Assembly: GCA_963790025.1 (NCBI GenBank)
Contig: CAWBMP010000004.1
Span: 384,001-448,000 of the forward strand
Direction: 5' to 3'
Source: Nitrospirota bacterium
GTDB lineage: Bacteria; Nitrospirota; Thermodesulfovibrionia; Thermodesulfovibrionales; Dissulfurispiraceae
Length of the DNA stretch: 64,000 bases
The translations under genes were made by a program, and so were the position numbers. Under the pieces are notes generated by a model. It saw only the letters and a program-made list of their open reading frames with translations, was not told the origin of the DNA and searched no databases. Shown in pieces: positions 1 through 10,122 of the stretch (position 1 is the stretch's first letter; each line of letters opens with the position of its first letter).

Positions 1-1
1 T

Positions 2-691
2 CTCTGTTCAAATGGGCTCCTTACCGAATCCTTTGTCGAGGAGTTCGATCCGGACCCAAACCTCACCATCAATTTTCATCTGGATGGACTGGAAGAAAAT
101 CATGACATCATTACCAACAGGAGTGGGACTTTCCGAAAGACCATCGAGACGATAAAAAAAGCCAAGAAGAGGGGCTTCAGGGTGAGCACAAATACCTCGG
201 TTTACAAAAACACCGACATTAAAGAGCTGGAGCGTCTGTTCGAAATGCTGACCGCGATGAATATTAACGGCATACTCATGGCTCCGGCATTCAGCTATGA
301 AAGCGTGGAGAGCGACATATTTCTCAGCAAAGATGAGATACATGAAAAATTCAATCAAATGGCGTCCTTCTTCGAGAGGTTCCCTTTCATGAATTCACCG
401 CTGTACGTGGACGTGCTGAAGGGCCTGAGGCATATGCAGTGCACTCCATGGGGGAACCCTACACGTAATCCCCTCGGCTGGAAATCCCCCTGCTATTTGA
501 TTACCGATGTCTATTATCCCACCTTCCGCGAAATGATGGAAAAAACGCCGTGGGACCGTTATGGCGCCGGCAATGACCCCAGGTGTAAAAACTGTCTTGT
601 TCACAGCGGTTACGAGGCAACAGTCATGAGGACTGCCTTTTCAAACCCTAAAGACCTCCTGAGACTTCTCCTCTGGAACCTTAAGGCTTAA
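2..691 (+). CDS. hpnH: Adenosyl-hopene transferase, radical SAM (5' end outside window)
   Basis: Frame is open from nt 2 (LCSNGLL...INFHLDGLEENHD). C-terminal motifs CTPWGNPTRNPLGWKSPCYL and CKNCLVHSGYE are typical of HpnH. hpnG-like and hpnI genes lie nearby. Confidence 0.85.
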   Translation, partial: LCSNGLLTESFVEEFDPDPNLTINFHLDGLEENHDIITNRSGTFRKTIETIKKAKKRGFRVSTNTSVYKNTDIKELERLFEMLTAMNINGILMAPAFSYESVESDIFLSKDEIHEKFNQMASFFERFPFMNSPLYVDVLKGLRHMQCTPWGNPTRNPLGWKSPCYLITDVYYPTFREMMEKTPWDRYGAGNDPRCKNCLVHSGYEATVMRTAFSNPKDLLRLLLWNLKA

Positions 692-1573
692 GTGGGACAA
701 TTTCTTCTGCTCTTCTTACATACGATTGCATTAAGACCGTATGTATTTGTGTTTCTGCTGGTCTATATGCTGGGCTGTTCGCTGCATCTTGGATTGAAAA
801 GAGCATTGTTATTCCTCATGGCCGGTTACAGTATTGCATGGCTTTCGGAATACTCTTCCATTCACAACGGCATTCCCTACGGCCACTACTTCTATATCGA
901 ACAGACTAAAGGCAGGGAAATTTGGGTGCTGGGTGTTCCCCTTATAGATTCGATGAGCTATGTATTCCTTGCCTATGCGAGTTATTCGGTGGCCCTCTTT
1001 GTTAGTGCTCCTGTTATGCTCCTGAAGAAATCGCTCTTCATTCTTGAGACAAGGGAGATCAGAAATGCTCCCGTTGTCAGAATGCTTGGGGCAGTCCTCT
1101 TTGTTTACCTCGATATTATTATCGACCCCGTAGCACTGTGCGGAAGCCGCTGGTTTCTGGGGCAACTCTACGGGTATCCCGATAGGGGTGCTTATTTCGG
1201 TGTTCCGATCTCGAACTTCGCCGGATGGCTCCTTGTGGGGTTTCTTATGATCGGCGCCTTGCAGAAAATAGATTCTTTCTTGCACCGGAAAGGTACGGCA
1301 GACTGCACAGGATACCGATACCCCTGGAGATTTCTTATAGGCCCCGGTATTTATGCCGGAGTTCTGATTTTTAATCTGGCGGTAACCTTTGCTATTCACG
1401 AATACACAATGGCATGGGCCGGGGTCTTCATGGTCCTATTGCTCTTAGTACTCATCTATTGCATAACAAGAATCAAACTAGGTGCCGAAACAACAGAAAA
1501 TGCTTTAGCGGCCCATCTTCGCGACTTTTCTCAAGACTTCGTTATTGAGAACAACGTAAAAAGCTCGGTTTAA
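692..1573 (+). CDS. CruF/DUF422-like membrane hydratase ('carotenoid biosynthesis protein' family)
   Basis: Multi-TM protein with E..SIHNGIPYGHYFY, GVP, DIIIDPVA and YFGVPISNFAGW motifs of the CruF family. Its GTG start directly abuts the hpnH stop. Confidence 0.75.
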   Translation: MGQFLLLFLHTIALRPYVFVFLLVYMLGCSLHLGLKRALLFLMAGYSIAWLSEYSSIHNGIPYGHYFYIEQTKGREIWVLGVPLIDSMSYVFLAYASYSVALFVSAPVMLLKKSLFILETREIRNAPVVRMLGAVLFVYLDIIIDPVALCGSRWFLGQLYGYPDRGAYFGVPISNFAGWLLVGFLMIGALQKIDSFLHRKGTADCTGYRYPWRFLIGPGIYAGVLIFNLAVTFAIHEYTMAWAGVFMVLLLLVLIYCITRIKLGAETTENALAAHLRDFSQDFVIENNVKSSV

Positions 1574-1709
1574 AAAAAGCCAAGACAAACCTCAGAAGTT
1601 ATCTGTTGTCAATTAAATAACAGGTATTTATTATGACAGTTATTGCCCATTTTTATTACAGTTGTAATTTTCACTAATAATCGATTATTCTATAAAGTGT
1701 TGCAAAATA

Positions 1710-2186
1710 ATGAATCAGCGATTCAATATACAACATAAAGTAATGAATGCAAGAGAGATGACATCGGCTTTGCGTATCCTGCATCTCGAAGATGATCCTT
1801 TCGACGCCCAACTCATTAAATCAATCCTTGAGAATGAAGGTATCTCCTGCCGCATATGCCTGGTAGCATCACACGATGATTTTATCGCGGCGCTCGATCG
1901 CGAAAAATTTGATATAATCGTCTCCGATTACTCATTGCCGGACTTTGACGGTTTTCGCGCACTTGCTCTGGTAAAAGAAAAACGTCCGCATATACCGTTT
2001 ATTTTCGTTACAGGGGAAATGGGCGAGGAGTTCGTTATCGAAATGCTCAAAAGCGGTGCGACGGACTATGTCATGAAAAACAATATCGCAAGGCTTGTAC
2101 CTTCCGTGCAGAGGGCCTTGAGAAAGACGACGGAGCGGTCAGAGCGAAAAAAGGTCCGGAAAAGTGACAACGGCATGAAACTATGA
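1710..2186 (+). CDS. Single receiver-domain response regulator (true start may be 1758)
   Basis: LHLEDD, D-phosphoacceptor in VSDYSLPDFDG, T in FVTG, K in DYVMK; short coiled-coil tail and no output domain. Confidence 0.85.
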   Translation: MNQRFNIQHKVMNAREMTSALRILHLEDDPFDAQLIKSILENEGISCRICLVASHDDFIAALDREKFDIIVSDYSLPDFDGFRALALVKEKRPHIPFIFVTGEMGEEFVIEMLKSGATDYVMKNNIARLVPSVQRALRKTTERSERKKVRKSDNGMKL

Positions 2187-2340
2187 TGAAGCATTGACTA
2201 GTATGTCCAAAAGCGATTTTGATTTGATATTTCCAGATATTCTTTTAGGCAACGGGTCAGGAATGGAAATATATGGATGAGCAGTGTATAAAAAGAATTC
2301 AAAATGTGCCACAAACTCTAAAACATTAAGGAGGTATCTG

Positions 2341-3975
2341 ATGTTTAAGAATTTGAAAATAGGAGTGAGGCTGGGGATTGGGTTTGGCGCAGTAGTTGTA
2401 TTTTTGATAGCTTTAATTCTTGTCAGCATTAAGAGTATGGCAGGCATTGAACAAAAGCTTGATCGCATTGTGAAGGTCAATAATGTCCGCGCCGATCAGG
2501 CCAGAAAGATGGCGGATACTATCAGAGAGGTGTCTATTTCTCTTCGTAATATATTTTTGACAACAGAGATTCAGGAAAAGCAGAAATATATCACAGATAT
2601 TTCAAATAACAAACCAAAATATGACGAAGCCTTTAAGAAGATCGAAGAAATGACACCAAAAGATGATCCGAAGGGAAATGAGTTGGTCGAGAAACTTAAG
2701 ACAGATCGTGATAATGCCAGGCTATTGAACAACAGAGTAGTTGAGCTGTCCATGAAAAACAGGAATGCCGAGGCGATCGATTCGATGAATAAAGAAGCAA
2801 GGCCGGCAGTACGCAAGTGGTTGGAAACTATAAATGAATTGGTCCAGCATATGCAAGAACGCAACCAGATGCGCTATGAAGAAGCAGATAATGCCTATAA
2901 ATACGCAAGGTTATTTATGTTCCTTATCGGCGGGATTGCAATTACTCTCAGTATAATAATTTCATTATTGATTACACGCAGCATTGTCCTGCCGCTGCAT
3001 AAAGGCATTGAAGTTGCCGACAAGATTGCCAAGGGCGACTTGACATGCAAGGACCTGGCTGTGAAATCAAAAGATGAAACCGGCGCTTTGGCAAATGCTT
3101 TAAACATAATGAAGAAATCACTAAGCGATATGATCGGAAAGTTTTCAGATACCGCCAGCCATGTCGCCTCGTCGTCGGAAGAATTGTCAGCTACAGTGAC
3201 CCAAATAATAAAGAGGGTGGACGAACAGGCGAACAAGGCGAACCAGGTGGCGACGGCTTCTACAGAGATGTCACAAACTGTTGTCGATATAGCAAAGAAC
3301 AGCTCTAACATAGCGTCTTCATCATTGGACACCTTAAAGACAGCCAAAGATGGCGCGGGCATAGTGAGCAAAACAGTCAATGAAGTACAGGAGATAGCAG
3401 ACACCGTGGAGGATTTGGCCAAACTGATGACGTCGCTCGGAGACCGTTCAAAACAGATAGGAGACATACTCAACGTGATCAAGGACATAGCAGACCAGAC
3501 GAACCTTCTTGCCCTGAATGCGGCAATAGAAGCTGCGCGTGCAGGAGACCAGGGAAGAGGTTTTGCCGTAGTTGCGGATGAAGTCAGAAAGCTTGCGGAA
3601 AAGACCGCGCATTCGACCTCAGAGATAGGAGATATGATAAAGGCGATACAGGATGAGACCGAAAAGGCGGTTGTTTCCATGGGAGAGGGAACAAGAAAGG
3701 TCAAAGTGGGGGTTGAACTTGCGAACCAGGCAGGCGACGGGCTGCGTAAAATAGTTGACAGTGTAAACGGACTTCAGTCCATGGTGCAGCAGATAGCATC
3801 TGCAACAGAGGAGATGTCGAGTGTATCGGAGCAGATAAGCGGCGATATAGAAGTGATAGCAGCGGTATCGAGAGAGACAAGCGCGGGTTCTACTCAAATC
3901 GGACAGGAATCTGCTAACCTATCGAATATGGCGGTAGAACTAAAAAAAGATATCAGCCACTTTAGAGTCAACTGA
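2341..3975 (+). CDS. Methyl-accepting chemotaxis protein (4HB sensor, HAMP, MCP signalling domain)
   Basis: AGGAGG RBS before ATG 2341; two TM helices; [38 protein letters not shown] signature. Confidence 0.97.
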   Translation: MFKNLKIGVRLGIGFGAVVVFLIALILVSIKSMAGIEQKLDRIVKVNNVRADQARKMADTIREVSISLRNIFLTTEIQEKQKYITDISNNKPKYDEAFKKIEEMTPKDDPKGNELVEKLKTDRDNARLLNNRVVELSMKNRNAEAIDSMNKEARPAVRKWLETINELVQHMQERNQMRYEEADNAYKYARLFMFLIGGIAITLSIIISLLITRSIVLPLHKGIEVADKIAKGDLTCKDLAVKSKDETGALANALNIMKKSLSDMIGKFSDTASHVASSSEELSATVTQIIKRVDEQANKANQVATASTEMSQTVVDIAKNSSNIASSSLDTLKTAKDGAGIVSKTVNEVQEIADTVEDLAKLMTSLGDRSKQIGDILNVIKDIADQTNLLALNAAIEAARAGDQGRGFAVVADEVRKLAEKTAHSTSEIGDMIKAIQDETEKAVVSMGEGTRKVKVGVELANQAGDGLRKIVDSVNGLQSMVQQIASATEEMSSVSEQISGDIEVIAAVSRETSAGSTQIGQESANLSNMAVELKKDISHFRVN

Positions 3976-4076
3976 AGGTGGAGTTTCATAAAAAAACGTA
4001 GAGAAGATATAAAGGCGCAAGGTAACCGTGACATTTAATAGCAAAGCGTTCAGACCGGGCTTTTATCGAAACGGCC

Positions 4077-4835
4077 CTATAAAATGATCAGCAGCGTTTC
4101 GATTGCCTCACAGAGTCTTCGTGAAGCCATGCGTGCATTTTTTCCCATTCTGATGCATGAAGGGACAAGTACCGGATTGCCGAGGATTATCCGCAGCGCA
4201 CGCGAAAGGCTAAAGCTGCCGTTTGCGCCGGTCACGCCAAAAAGCTCCTGAGGTATCTCCTCATGGGCGCTGTCGGTAACCGCCCTGATTGCAAAAAAAG
4301 GGAGACCTGCGCGCATAGATAGCCGGGCCAGAGGAAATGTTTCCATATCGCATACCGGAAAGGAGAGGCCCTGAAGTAATCCCTTTGCGATTTCAGATTT
4401 CTTCGTCCATTGTCCGAGCGTCAAAAAGTCTCCTTCGAGCACTGCAAGATCGTGCGCCATCTTTCTGATAATTTCATGTGCACCCATGACCTCTACAAGA
4501 CAATCCTGACGTTTGATGGCTGTGACCGCTACGGCCATGTCAGGATAAAGCAGAACATGGGAAGCACCGATAAGGTCTCCTATTGCTGCCCCCTCATAAA
4601 GAGCACCGCAAAATCCGGCAGAGATAACGTACTCAGGGCTGTATTCCCGGACTACATATTTCCAGGCAGCTTCAGATATATCTATGCCTATCCCGCTTTG
4701 TACTATTATAATTTCTTTGAAAGCGGCCTGCGCAAACCAAATGATAAACGGGGAGCTTCTGATTTTTTTGGCCTTGAGGCTCTTAATTATATAGGTCACT
4801 TCCTGCGGAAACGCTGAAAAAAGTGCGACTTTCAT
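4077..4835 (-). CDS. Nucleoside phosphorylase/MTA-SAH nucleosidase family protein, probably hopanoid-associated HpnG-like
   Basis: SGIG, ISAGFCGAL, CDMET and IRAVTD motifs of the PNP_UDP family; located among hpn genes. Confidence 0.75.
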   Translation of the reverse strand: MKVALFSAFPQEVTYIIKSLKAKKIRSSPFIIWFAQAAFKEIIIVQSGIGIDISEAAWKYVVREYSPEYVISAGFCGALYEGAAIGDLIGASHVLLYPDMAVAVTAIKRQDCLVEVMGAHEIIRKMAHDLAVLEGDFLTLGQWTKKSEIAKGLLQGLSFPVCDMETFPLARLSMRAGLPFFAIRAVTDSAHEEIPQELFGVTGANGSFSLSRALRIILGNPVLVPSCIRMGKNARMASRRLCEAIETLLIIL

Positions 4836-4855
4836 GATATGCTTTTAAGTATACC

Positions 4856-6034
4856 ATGACTCCATACCTTACTGTGCTGCTATCCATGCTGGTCGCCTCA
4901 TCCGCTATTTACAGTATATTTGCCCTATATTGCATAATTGATTTCTTCAGGCCGGAAAAAAAAGAATTAAGAGAGATACCCGACATGCCGATTTCTATTC
5001 TTAAGCCGCTCAGCGGCAAAGACCCCGAATTACATGAAAACATTCGGAGTTTCTGCTCACAGGACTATCCGGAATACGAAGTCCTTCTTGGCGTTTCAGA
5101 CCTAGGTGATGCCGCACTAACTGTTGTTGGAGCACCCGGCGAGGTCACCGACTTTGGGAGATCAGCTTTGCAACGGCGGCCCGTCGTCAAAGTAATAGTC
5201 AGCGAGAAAAGCCTGGGCACAAACAGGAAAGTATCAAATCTCCATGGACTCGCTGAGGCGGCCGCCTATCCCCTGCTTGCCATAAGCGACAGCGATATGA
5301 GAGTAGATGCCTCCTATTTAAAACACATTGCCGGGGAATACTTCAGCACGAAAGACACCGGCCTTGTCACCTCGCTCTACAAGATATCAAATCCACTATC
5401 GGCAGGAGCTGCCTTCGAGTCCCTTGCTATGGCACTCGACCTAATACCCTCCGTTCTGGTGGCAAGACGGCTTGAAGGTGTTACGTTCGGGCTGGGCGCC
5501 TCGATGCTGCTGTCGAGGGAGGCGCTTTATGCTATAGGCGGATTTACGGCTATTGCCGATTATCTGGCAGACGATTACCAGATCGGCAACAGACTATGGG
5601 AAAAAGGATATACGATCATTCTCTCCCGTTATGTCCTGGAAGATATGGCAGGTCCCATGAGCATTGCGGCACACCTTAAGCACCAGATTCGATGGGCCAG
5701 GACCTATAGGGCATGCCGACCGGGAGGCTTCAGCGGATACGGCATTACCTATATCTTTCCGATCTCTTGTCTGCTATATATCCAGCAGGGACCGACCATA
5801 CTGTCTTTAACGGCACTTTGCACTGCTCTGGGCCTGAGATTGCTCACTGCTTTCGTGATCTTCAGGAGAGTAATCTTCTCAAGGAAATGGCTTCGGTGGC
5901 TTATAATACTTCCATTAAAAGATATCCTCGGGTTCAGTATCTGGATATTGAGTTTTTTCGGGTCAGCGGTGTCCTGGAGGGGCAGCCGTTATGAGATTTT
6001 AAAAGGGGGAAAAATCAGGAGGAGGCCTGAATGA
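4856..6034 (+). CDS. hpnI: Hopanoid biosynthesis GT2 glycosyltransferase (ceramide glucosyltransferase-like)
   Basis: SILKPLSG, QDYPEYE, NRKVSNL, SDSD, LADDY and QIRWART motifs; N- and C-terminal TM helices. Confidence 0.85.
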   Translation: MTPYLTVLLSMLVASSAIYSIFALYCIIDFFRPEKKELREIPDMPISILKPLSGKDPELHENIRSFCSQDYPEYEVLLGVSDLGDAALTVVGAPGEVTDFGRSALQRRPVVKVIVSEKSLGTNRKVSNLHGLAEAAAYPLLAISDSDMRVDASYLKHIAGEYFSTKDTGLVTSLYKISNPLSAGAAFESLAMALDLIPSVLVARRLEGVTFGLGASMLLSREALYAIGGFTAIADYLADDYQIGNRLWEKGYTIILSRYVLEDMAGPMSIAAHLKHQIRWARTYRACRPGGFSGYGITYIFPISCLLYIQQGPTILSLTALCTALGLRLLTAFVIFRRVIFSRKWLRWLIILPLKDILGFSIWILSFFGSAVSWRGSRYEILKGGKIRRRPE

Positions 6035-6195
6035 GCAAGGAAAAAGAAATTGCGGTAACAGTCAAGCTGGTTTTCGGTGTTAATATCCCTGGTACGGTAA
6101 ATACACCCGAGAACGTACTGGCGGAGTATCTGGTTAATAAGCTGTCCGTTGATGTCAAATGGGCGGTAATCAAGGAGAGAGCCCTTTTATCATAA
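6031..6195 (+). CDS. Small hypothetical protein, 54 aa (MSKEKEIAVTVKLVFGVNIPG...KERALLS)
   Basis: ATGA overlap with the hpnI stop and AGGAGGAGG RBS at 6017-6025. Below the ORF-track length cutoff. Confidence 0.55.
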   Translation: MSKEKEIAVTVKLVFGVNIPGTVNTPENVLAEYLVNKLSVDVKWAVIKERALLS

Positions 6196-6200
6196 GCGGA

Positions 6201-6311
6201 TGGCAGTAAGGAAGTAAAAGCAAAAAAATAGTAGTAAGCAGGCAGTATGCAGTAAAAACAAAAAGACAAAAAATTAAGTCTTGGTCTTTGCTGCCTGCTG
6301 CTTTCTGGCTC
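6201..6311. repeat. Degenerate heptamer-repeat hairpin (AGTAAGC/AGGCAGT-type) between convergent genes
   Basis: AGCAGGCAG (6237-6245) pairs with CTGCCTGCT (6291-6299); the left arm has degenerate 7-nt periodicity. Confidence 0.55.
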
Positions 6312-8750
6312 TCAATAAAGCAGGTAATTGGCCCTAAGTTTTAGAAAATTTTCGAGCCGGCCCTGCCAGAGTAATGCAACGTCATGCGGGTCCTTGCCTT
6401 CTTTTATGGCCTGTAGCACGTCTCCTGCACCGATAAGGCCCAAAGTACTGTGAAGCTGAAAATCCCGGGGATAGAGCCGGTACAGCGCGCTTACGATCTC
6501 TACTCCCATAACTGTAGAATCCAGCTTCTGGCGATCAATAAGCGCAATCTTAACGCCACGGCATGTCTTGTTCTTATATATATCGCTGCCAGGCATAAAA
6601 GTCACAGGCGTAAACTTTACGCCTGCAATTCTGCGGCTTTTCAAATATTCAGCAAGCTTGCCGCCATCGATCCACGGGGCCCCAAGAAGCTCGAAGGGGA
6701 TCTCAGTCCCTCTGCCCACACTCACGTTCGCGCCCTCAACCATCGCTGTGCCGGGATATAGGATGGCTTCAGAAAGGCTGCGAAGGTTCGGAGAAGGATT
6801 CACCCACCTGAGGCCGGTTTCATCATACCAGTAATTACGCTGATATCCCTCCATCTTTATTACGTGCAGTTTTGCGCCGATGCTGTATTCGCCATTAAAC
6901 ATTTCTGCAAGCTCGCCGACAGTCATGCCGTGACGGACCGGCAGTGGGAAATATCCGGTGAAACACTTCAGGCTGCTGTCCATTACCGGCCCTTGCACCA
7001 GTGAACCGGTAATCGGGTTCGGACGATCAAGAACGTAAAAGTCGATTCCTTTTTGTGCGGCGGCCTCCATTGCATATCCCATAGTGCTTATGTACGTGTA
7101 GAAACGGACTCCCGCGTCCTGGACATCAAACACCAATGCATCCAGGCCTTTGAGCATTCTGTCGGTCGGCCTCCTGACCTCTCCATAAAGGCTGTATACC
7201 GGCAACCCTGTTGACGGCTCTCTCGTGGAACTGACATTATTGTCTGCCTTGCCGAAGAGGCCGTGTTCGGGACTGAATACTGCAGCCAGCTTTACCCCGG
7301 GCGCCTTGTAAAAAAGATCAAGTGTGCGTCGTCCTTCTGCATCCAGGCCTGTATGATTTGTGATAAGTCCCACTCTTTTCCCAAGCAGAGGTAAGAACTT
7401 TTCTGCCTCAAGCACATCGATGCCTGTCAGGACACTGCTGCCGTGCAAGCCGGTCGCCCCACCCGAAAAAGCGACATTTTTTTGCAAACGGGAAGCGGCA
7501 CGGGGATAGTCCAGTAAGCAAAAATAGCTGGAGAGCGACGGCCTCGAGGCCATAATCCTTTCAGCTGAAACAGGACCTATAACATCAGCAACAAGGGCTT
7601 TAATATTCGCCCGTAAGGCCTTCGCATCTCCCTTGCCGGCCGGGTGGACCCGGTTGGCAAGGACAATAATATATACTTTTGAGACAGGATCTATCCATAG
7701 CGCCGTCCCTGTATATCCAAGATGTCCGAAAGAGCCCACCGGCGGCAGTTCATTCCGATTTGAAGCGAGTGGCGGTCCAATGTCCCACCCAAAACCGCGC
7801 AGTTCCATCTTGCCGGGTGGAGATTGTGGAATAGTCATCTTCTCAACTGTGGCAGCCTTCAGAATATGCACACTGCCGGCACTGCCGCCGTTCAGGAGCA
7901 TCAGGGCGAAACGGGACAGGTCATCAGTGCTGGAAAAAAGTCCTGCATGGCCTGCCATGCCCCCCATCCTCCGGCACACGGGGTCATGCACCCTTCCCCA
8001 AAGCATCTCTCCCTGACAGTATTCAGTTGGCGCAATCCGGTTATGCAAGCTCCATGATGGTTTAAAAACAGTATCGGTCATCCCCAACGGCCTGAAAATT
8101 TTATTTGCGCAATACACGTTGAGCGGATGTCCCGAGACTCTGCGGACAATCTCGCCCAGTATTTGAAAATTAATATCACTGTAAATAAAACATGTACCCG
8201 GAGGGCAGACCGGTTTCTCGCGTACAATCATACGCATAGCGGTTTTGTATCCGGACCACGCCGCTTTCAGATCCAGGTCGGGCCTGAGTCCGGAATAATG
8301 TGTGAGCAACTGGCGCACGGTGATCATCTTTTTTCCCTTTACTCTGAACGCGGGCCAATAGCGGGCAACCGGAGCATCGAGCCGGAGTTTGCCCTTTTCC
8401 GCCAGTTGCATTATTGCAGTAGTGGTGGCGACAACCTTGGTTAAAGATGCCACGTCAAAAATGGTATCCTCGGTCATAGGCAATTGGATGGGATCAAGGG
8501 AACGATGTCCGAAGGCGCGGCGGTAAAGAACACCTTCCGGCGTTCCTATCATCACAACCGCTCCCGGTATATTGCCTTCGCTAATTTCTTTTTCTACAAT
8601 ATCCTGAATGGGAGCAAGTCTCCTTGCGACTTGCTCCATTTGCTGTTGCTGGACCTGCTGCGAGGGGACCTTGTCCACAGCAGCCCATGCCGGCATAGCG
8701 ACCGAGGCTGTCATGACAAGCAGGGCGGCAAAAATAGAGCACCTCATCAT
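6312..8750 (-). CDS. Secreted fusion: AmiE/beta-lactamase-like serine hydrolase plus NamZ (DUF1343/YbbC) exo-beta-N-acetylmuramidase
   Basis: Signal peptide; FDVASLTK (SxxK), LLTHYSG and GHLGYTG in the N-terminal half; GLITNHTG, FSPEHG, FDVQDAGVRFYTY and PSPNL in the C-terminal half. Confidence 0.9.
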   Translation of the reverse strand: MMRCSIFAALLVMTASVAMPAWAAVDKVPSQQVQQQQMEQVARRLAPIQDIVEKEISEGNIPGAVVMIGTPEGVLYRRAFGHRSLDPIQLPMTEDTIFDVASLTKVVATTTAIMQLAEKGKLRLDAPVARYWPAFRVKGKKMITVRQLLTHYSGLRPDLDLKAAWSGYKTAMRMIVREKPVCPPGTCFIYSDINFQILGEIVRRVSGHPLNVYCANKIFRPLGMTDTVFKPSWSLHNRIAPTEYCQGEMLWGRVHDPVCRRMGGMAGHAGLFSSTDDLSRFALMLLNGGSAGSVHILKAATVEKMTIPQSPPGKMELRGFGWDIGPPLASNRNELPPVGSFGHLGYTGTALWIDPVSKVYIIVLANRVHPAGKGDAKALRANIKALVADVIGPVSAERIMASRPSLSSYFCLLDYPRAASRLQKNVAFSGGATGLHGSSVLTGIDVLEAEKFLPLLGKRVGLITNHTGLDAEGRRTLDLFYKAPGVKLAAVFSPEHGLFGKADNNVSSTREPSTGLPVYSLYGEVRRPTDRMLKGLDALVFDVQDAGVRFYTYISTMGYAMEAAAQKGIDFYVLDRPNPITGSLVQGPVMDSSLKCFTGYFPLPVRHGMTVGELAEMFNGEYSIGAKLHVIKMEGYQRNYWYDETGLRWVNPSPNLRSLSEAILYPGTAMVEGANVSVGRGTEIPFELLGAPWIDGGKLAEYLKSRRIAGVKFTPVTFMPGSDIYKNKTCRGVKIALIDRQKLDSTVMGVEIVSALYRLYPRDFQLHSTLGLIGAGDVLQAIKEGKDPHDVALLWQGRLENFLKLRANYLLY

Positions 8751-10084
8751 GAAGGCAGCTGTGACATAATCCCTTGTCCCGGAACAGAGGGCTTGGCCCG
8801 CCCCCCGGAGATTGCCGGCTGTTTCTTCAATCCGGCGCCGGTATAGACGTTACGCGGGTTCCATAGCATCCAGCCATCGGAGCCGAATTCCTCTGCCGCT
8901 TTTATCTGTTCCCGGATTTCCGGCCCGTTAAAATGCCTTCTGTCAAAAGCATAATCTTTGAATGCCTGGAGCCAGGGCCTGAACCTGACCGCCGGAATCT
9001 GCACACGCTCACCTGATTTTTTGAGTGAACGATAGACTATTTCATATGGATGTGCTACGGGATTTCTATATCCCGGTATTCCGAACTGGAAGCCCGAGGG
9101 ATAAAGCATTAGTGAAATGTAATCAACACATGGTGCGATCTTATCAAGGCGCTGTCCGATCTGTGTATCATCGAGGTTCCAGGATACATAACCGAAAATA
9201 TCGGCGGCAACAAAAACATTATAAGGCGCAAGCCTCCGCCGCGCTTCGGCAAGGAAACCGGATATATATTTCACACGGTTCTCCTCGTCATTCCGCACCG
9301 AGAACTTAAGGCCCTTCCTGTCAGGAAACCTTACATAGTCGAACTGTATCTCATCAAAACCGCTCCGGGCAGCTTCGACTGCGATATCAATATTATAATC
9401 CCACACCTCGCGCCTTGAAGGGTCCATCCATATGAGGTTCTCCCGGTCCCGCCATATTCCGCCTTCCTGTGTTCTTACGGCAAGATCAGGCCGTGCTGTG
9501 CCAAGTGTATCGTCCTTGAACACCACAATACGTGCAATAGTGTAAATGCCCTTCTGTTTTAATGACAGAAGCAGGCCCTTTATATCCTTAACAATTGTCA
9601 ACCTTTGAGCTCCTATTTCAGCAGCAAGAGGGATTGAACTTTTATAAGTAATTACGCCCCTGTCCCCTTTTACATCGATTACCAGTGAATTGACCTCGGT
9701 CTGCTCGATCAGTTTAAGCGCCGCGCCCCGCAGCGTCCTGTCCCCTATGCCGTAAAAAGTGAGATAGAGCGCCCTCGGTGTAAAAGGACGCAATTTTATC
9801 TGTACCGGCGTGGTCATGAGTGTCGAAACTACTGGCTGCTCTGCACTCAGGTATCCGTAAGCCCTCGCCGCGATTCTATTTCCGCCGCCCCTTAGCGTGA
9901 ACCTGCCGTTTTCATCTGCACGAACGATGTCATTATCCGCAGTGACAATGGCGCCTCCTATGGGTTTCTGCGTGAAGCTGTCGACAACCCATCCTGTCGT
10001 AAATCCCATCGCATAAGCCGGGATTAATAAAAACGATACTGTTGTTAGGAAGATTGCCGCCTTGCCCGTTCTCCTGATCATCAT
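8747..10084 (-). CDS. Secreted putative glycoside hydrolase (DUF4015) with N-terminal carboxypeptidase-regulatory-like domain
   Basis: VIDVKGDRG, IARIVVFKD, GFDEIQFDYVRFP and RPWLQAF motifs; signal peptide; 4-nt overlap with the downstream gene. Confidence 0.85.
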   Translation of the reverse strand: MMIRRTGKAAIFLTTVSFLLIPAYAMGFTTGWVVDSFTQKPIGGAIVTADNDIVRADENGRFTLRGGGNRIAARAYGYLSAEQPVVSTLMTTPVQIKLRPFTPRALYLTFYGIGDRTLRGAALKLIEQTEVNSLVIDVKGDRGVITYKSSIPLAAEIGAQRLTIVKDIKGLLLSLKQKGIYTIARIVVFKDDTLGTARPDLAVRTQEGGIWRDRENLIWMDPSRREVWDYNIDIAVEAARSGFDEIQFDYVRFPDRKGLKFSVRNDEENRVKYISGFLAEARRRLAPYNVFVAADIFGYVSWNLDDTQIGQRLDKIAPCVDYISLMLYPSGFQFGIPGYRNPVAHPYEIVYRSLKKSGERVQIPAVRFRPWLQAFKDYAFDRRHFNGPEIREQIKAAEEFGSDGWMLWNPRNVYTGAGLKKQPAISGGRAKPSVPGQGIMSQLPS

Positions 10085-10122
10085 TCATAGCACCTCGTTT
10101 AATTTATATTGTTCTCATTAAC

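Noticed and set aside
2895..3704. Long antisense ORFs (e.g. 2895-3704, 34793-35674, 42735-43478, 57743-58426, 21151-21843)
   Set aside because: They are shadows of well-supported genes on the opposite strand and have no motifs of their own.
7600..8750. Beta-lactamase resistance gene
   Set aside because: The SxxK hydrolase domain is fused to NamZ, which fits AmiE-like wall recycling rather than a class C beta-lactamase.
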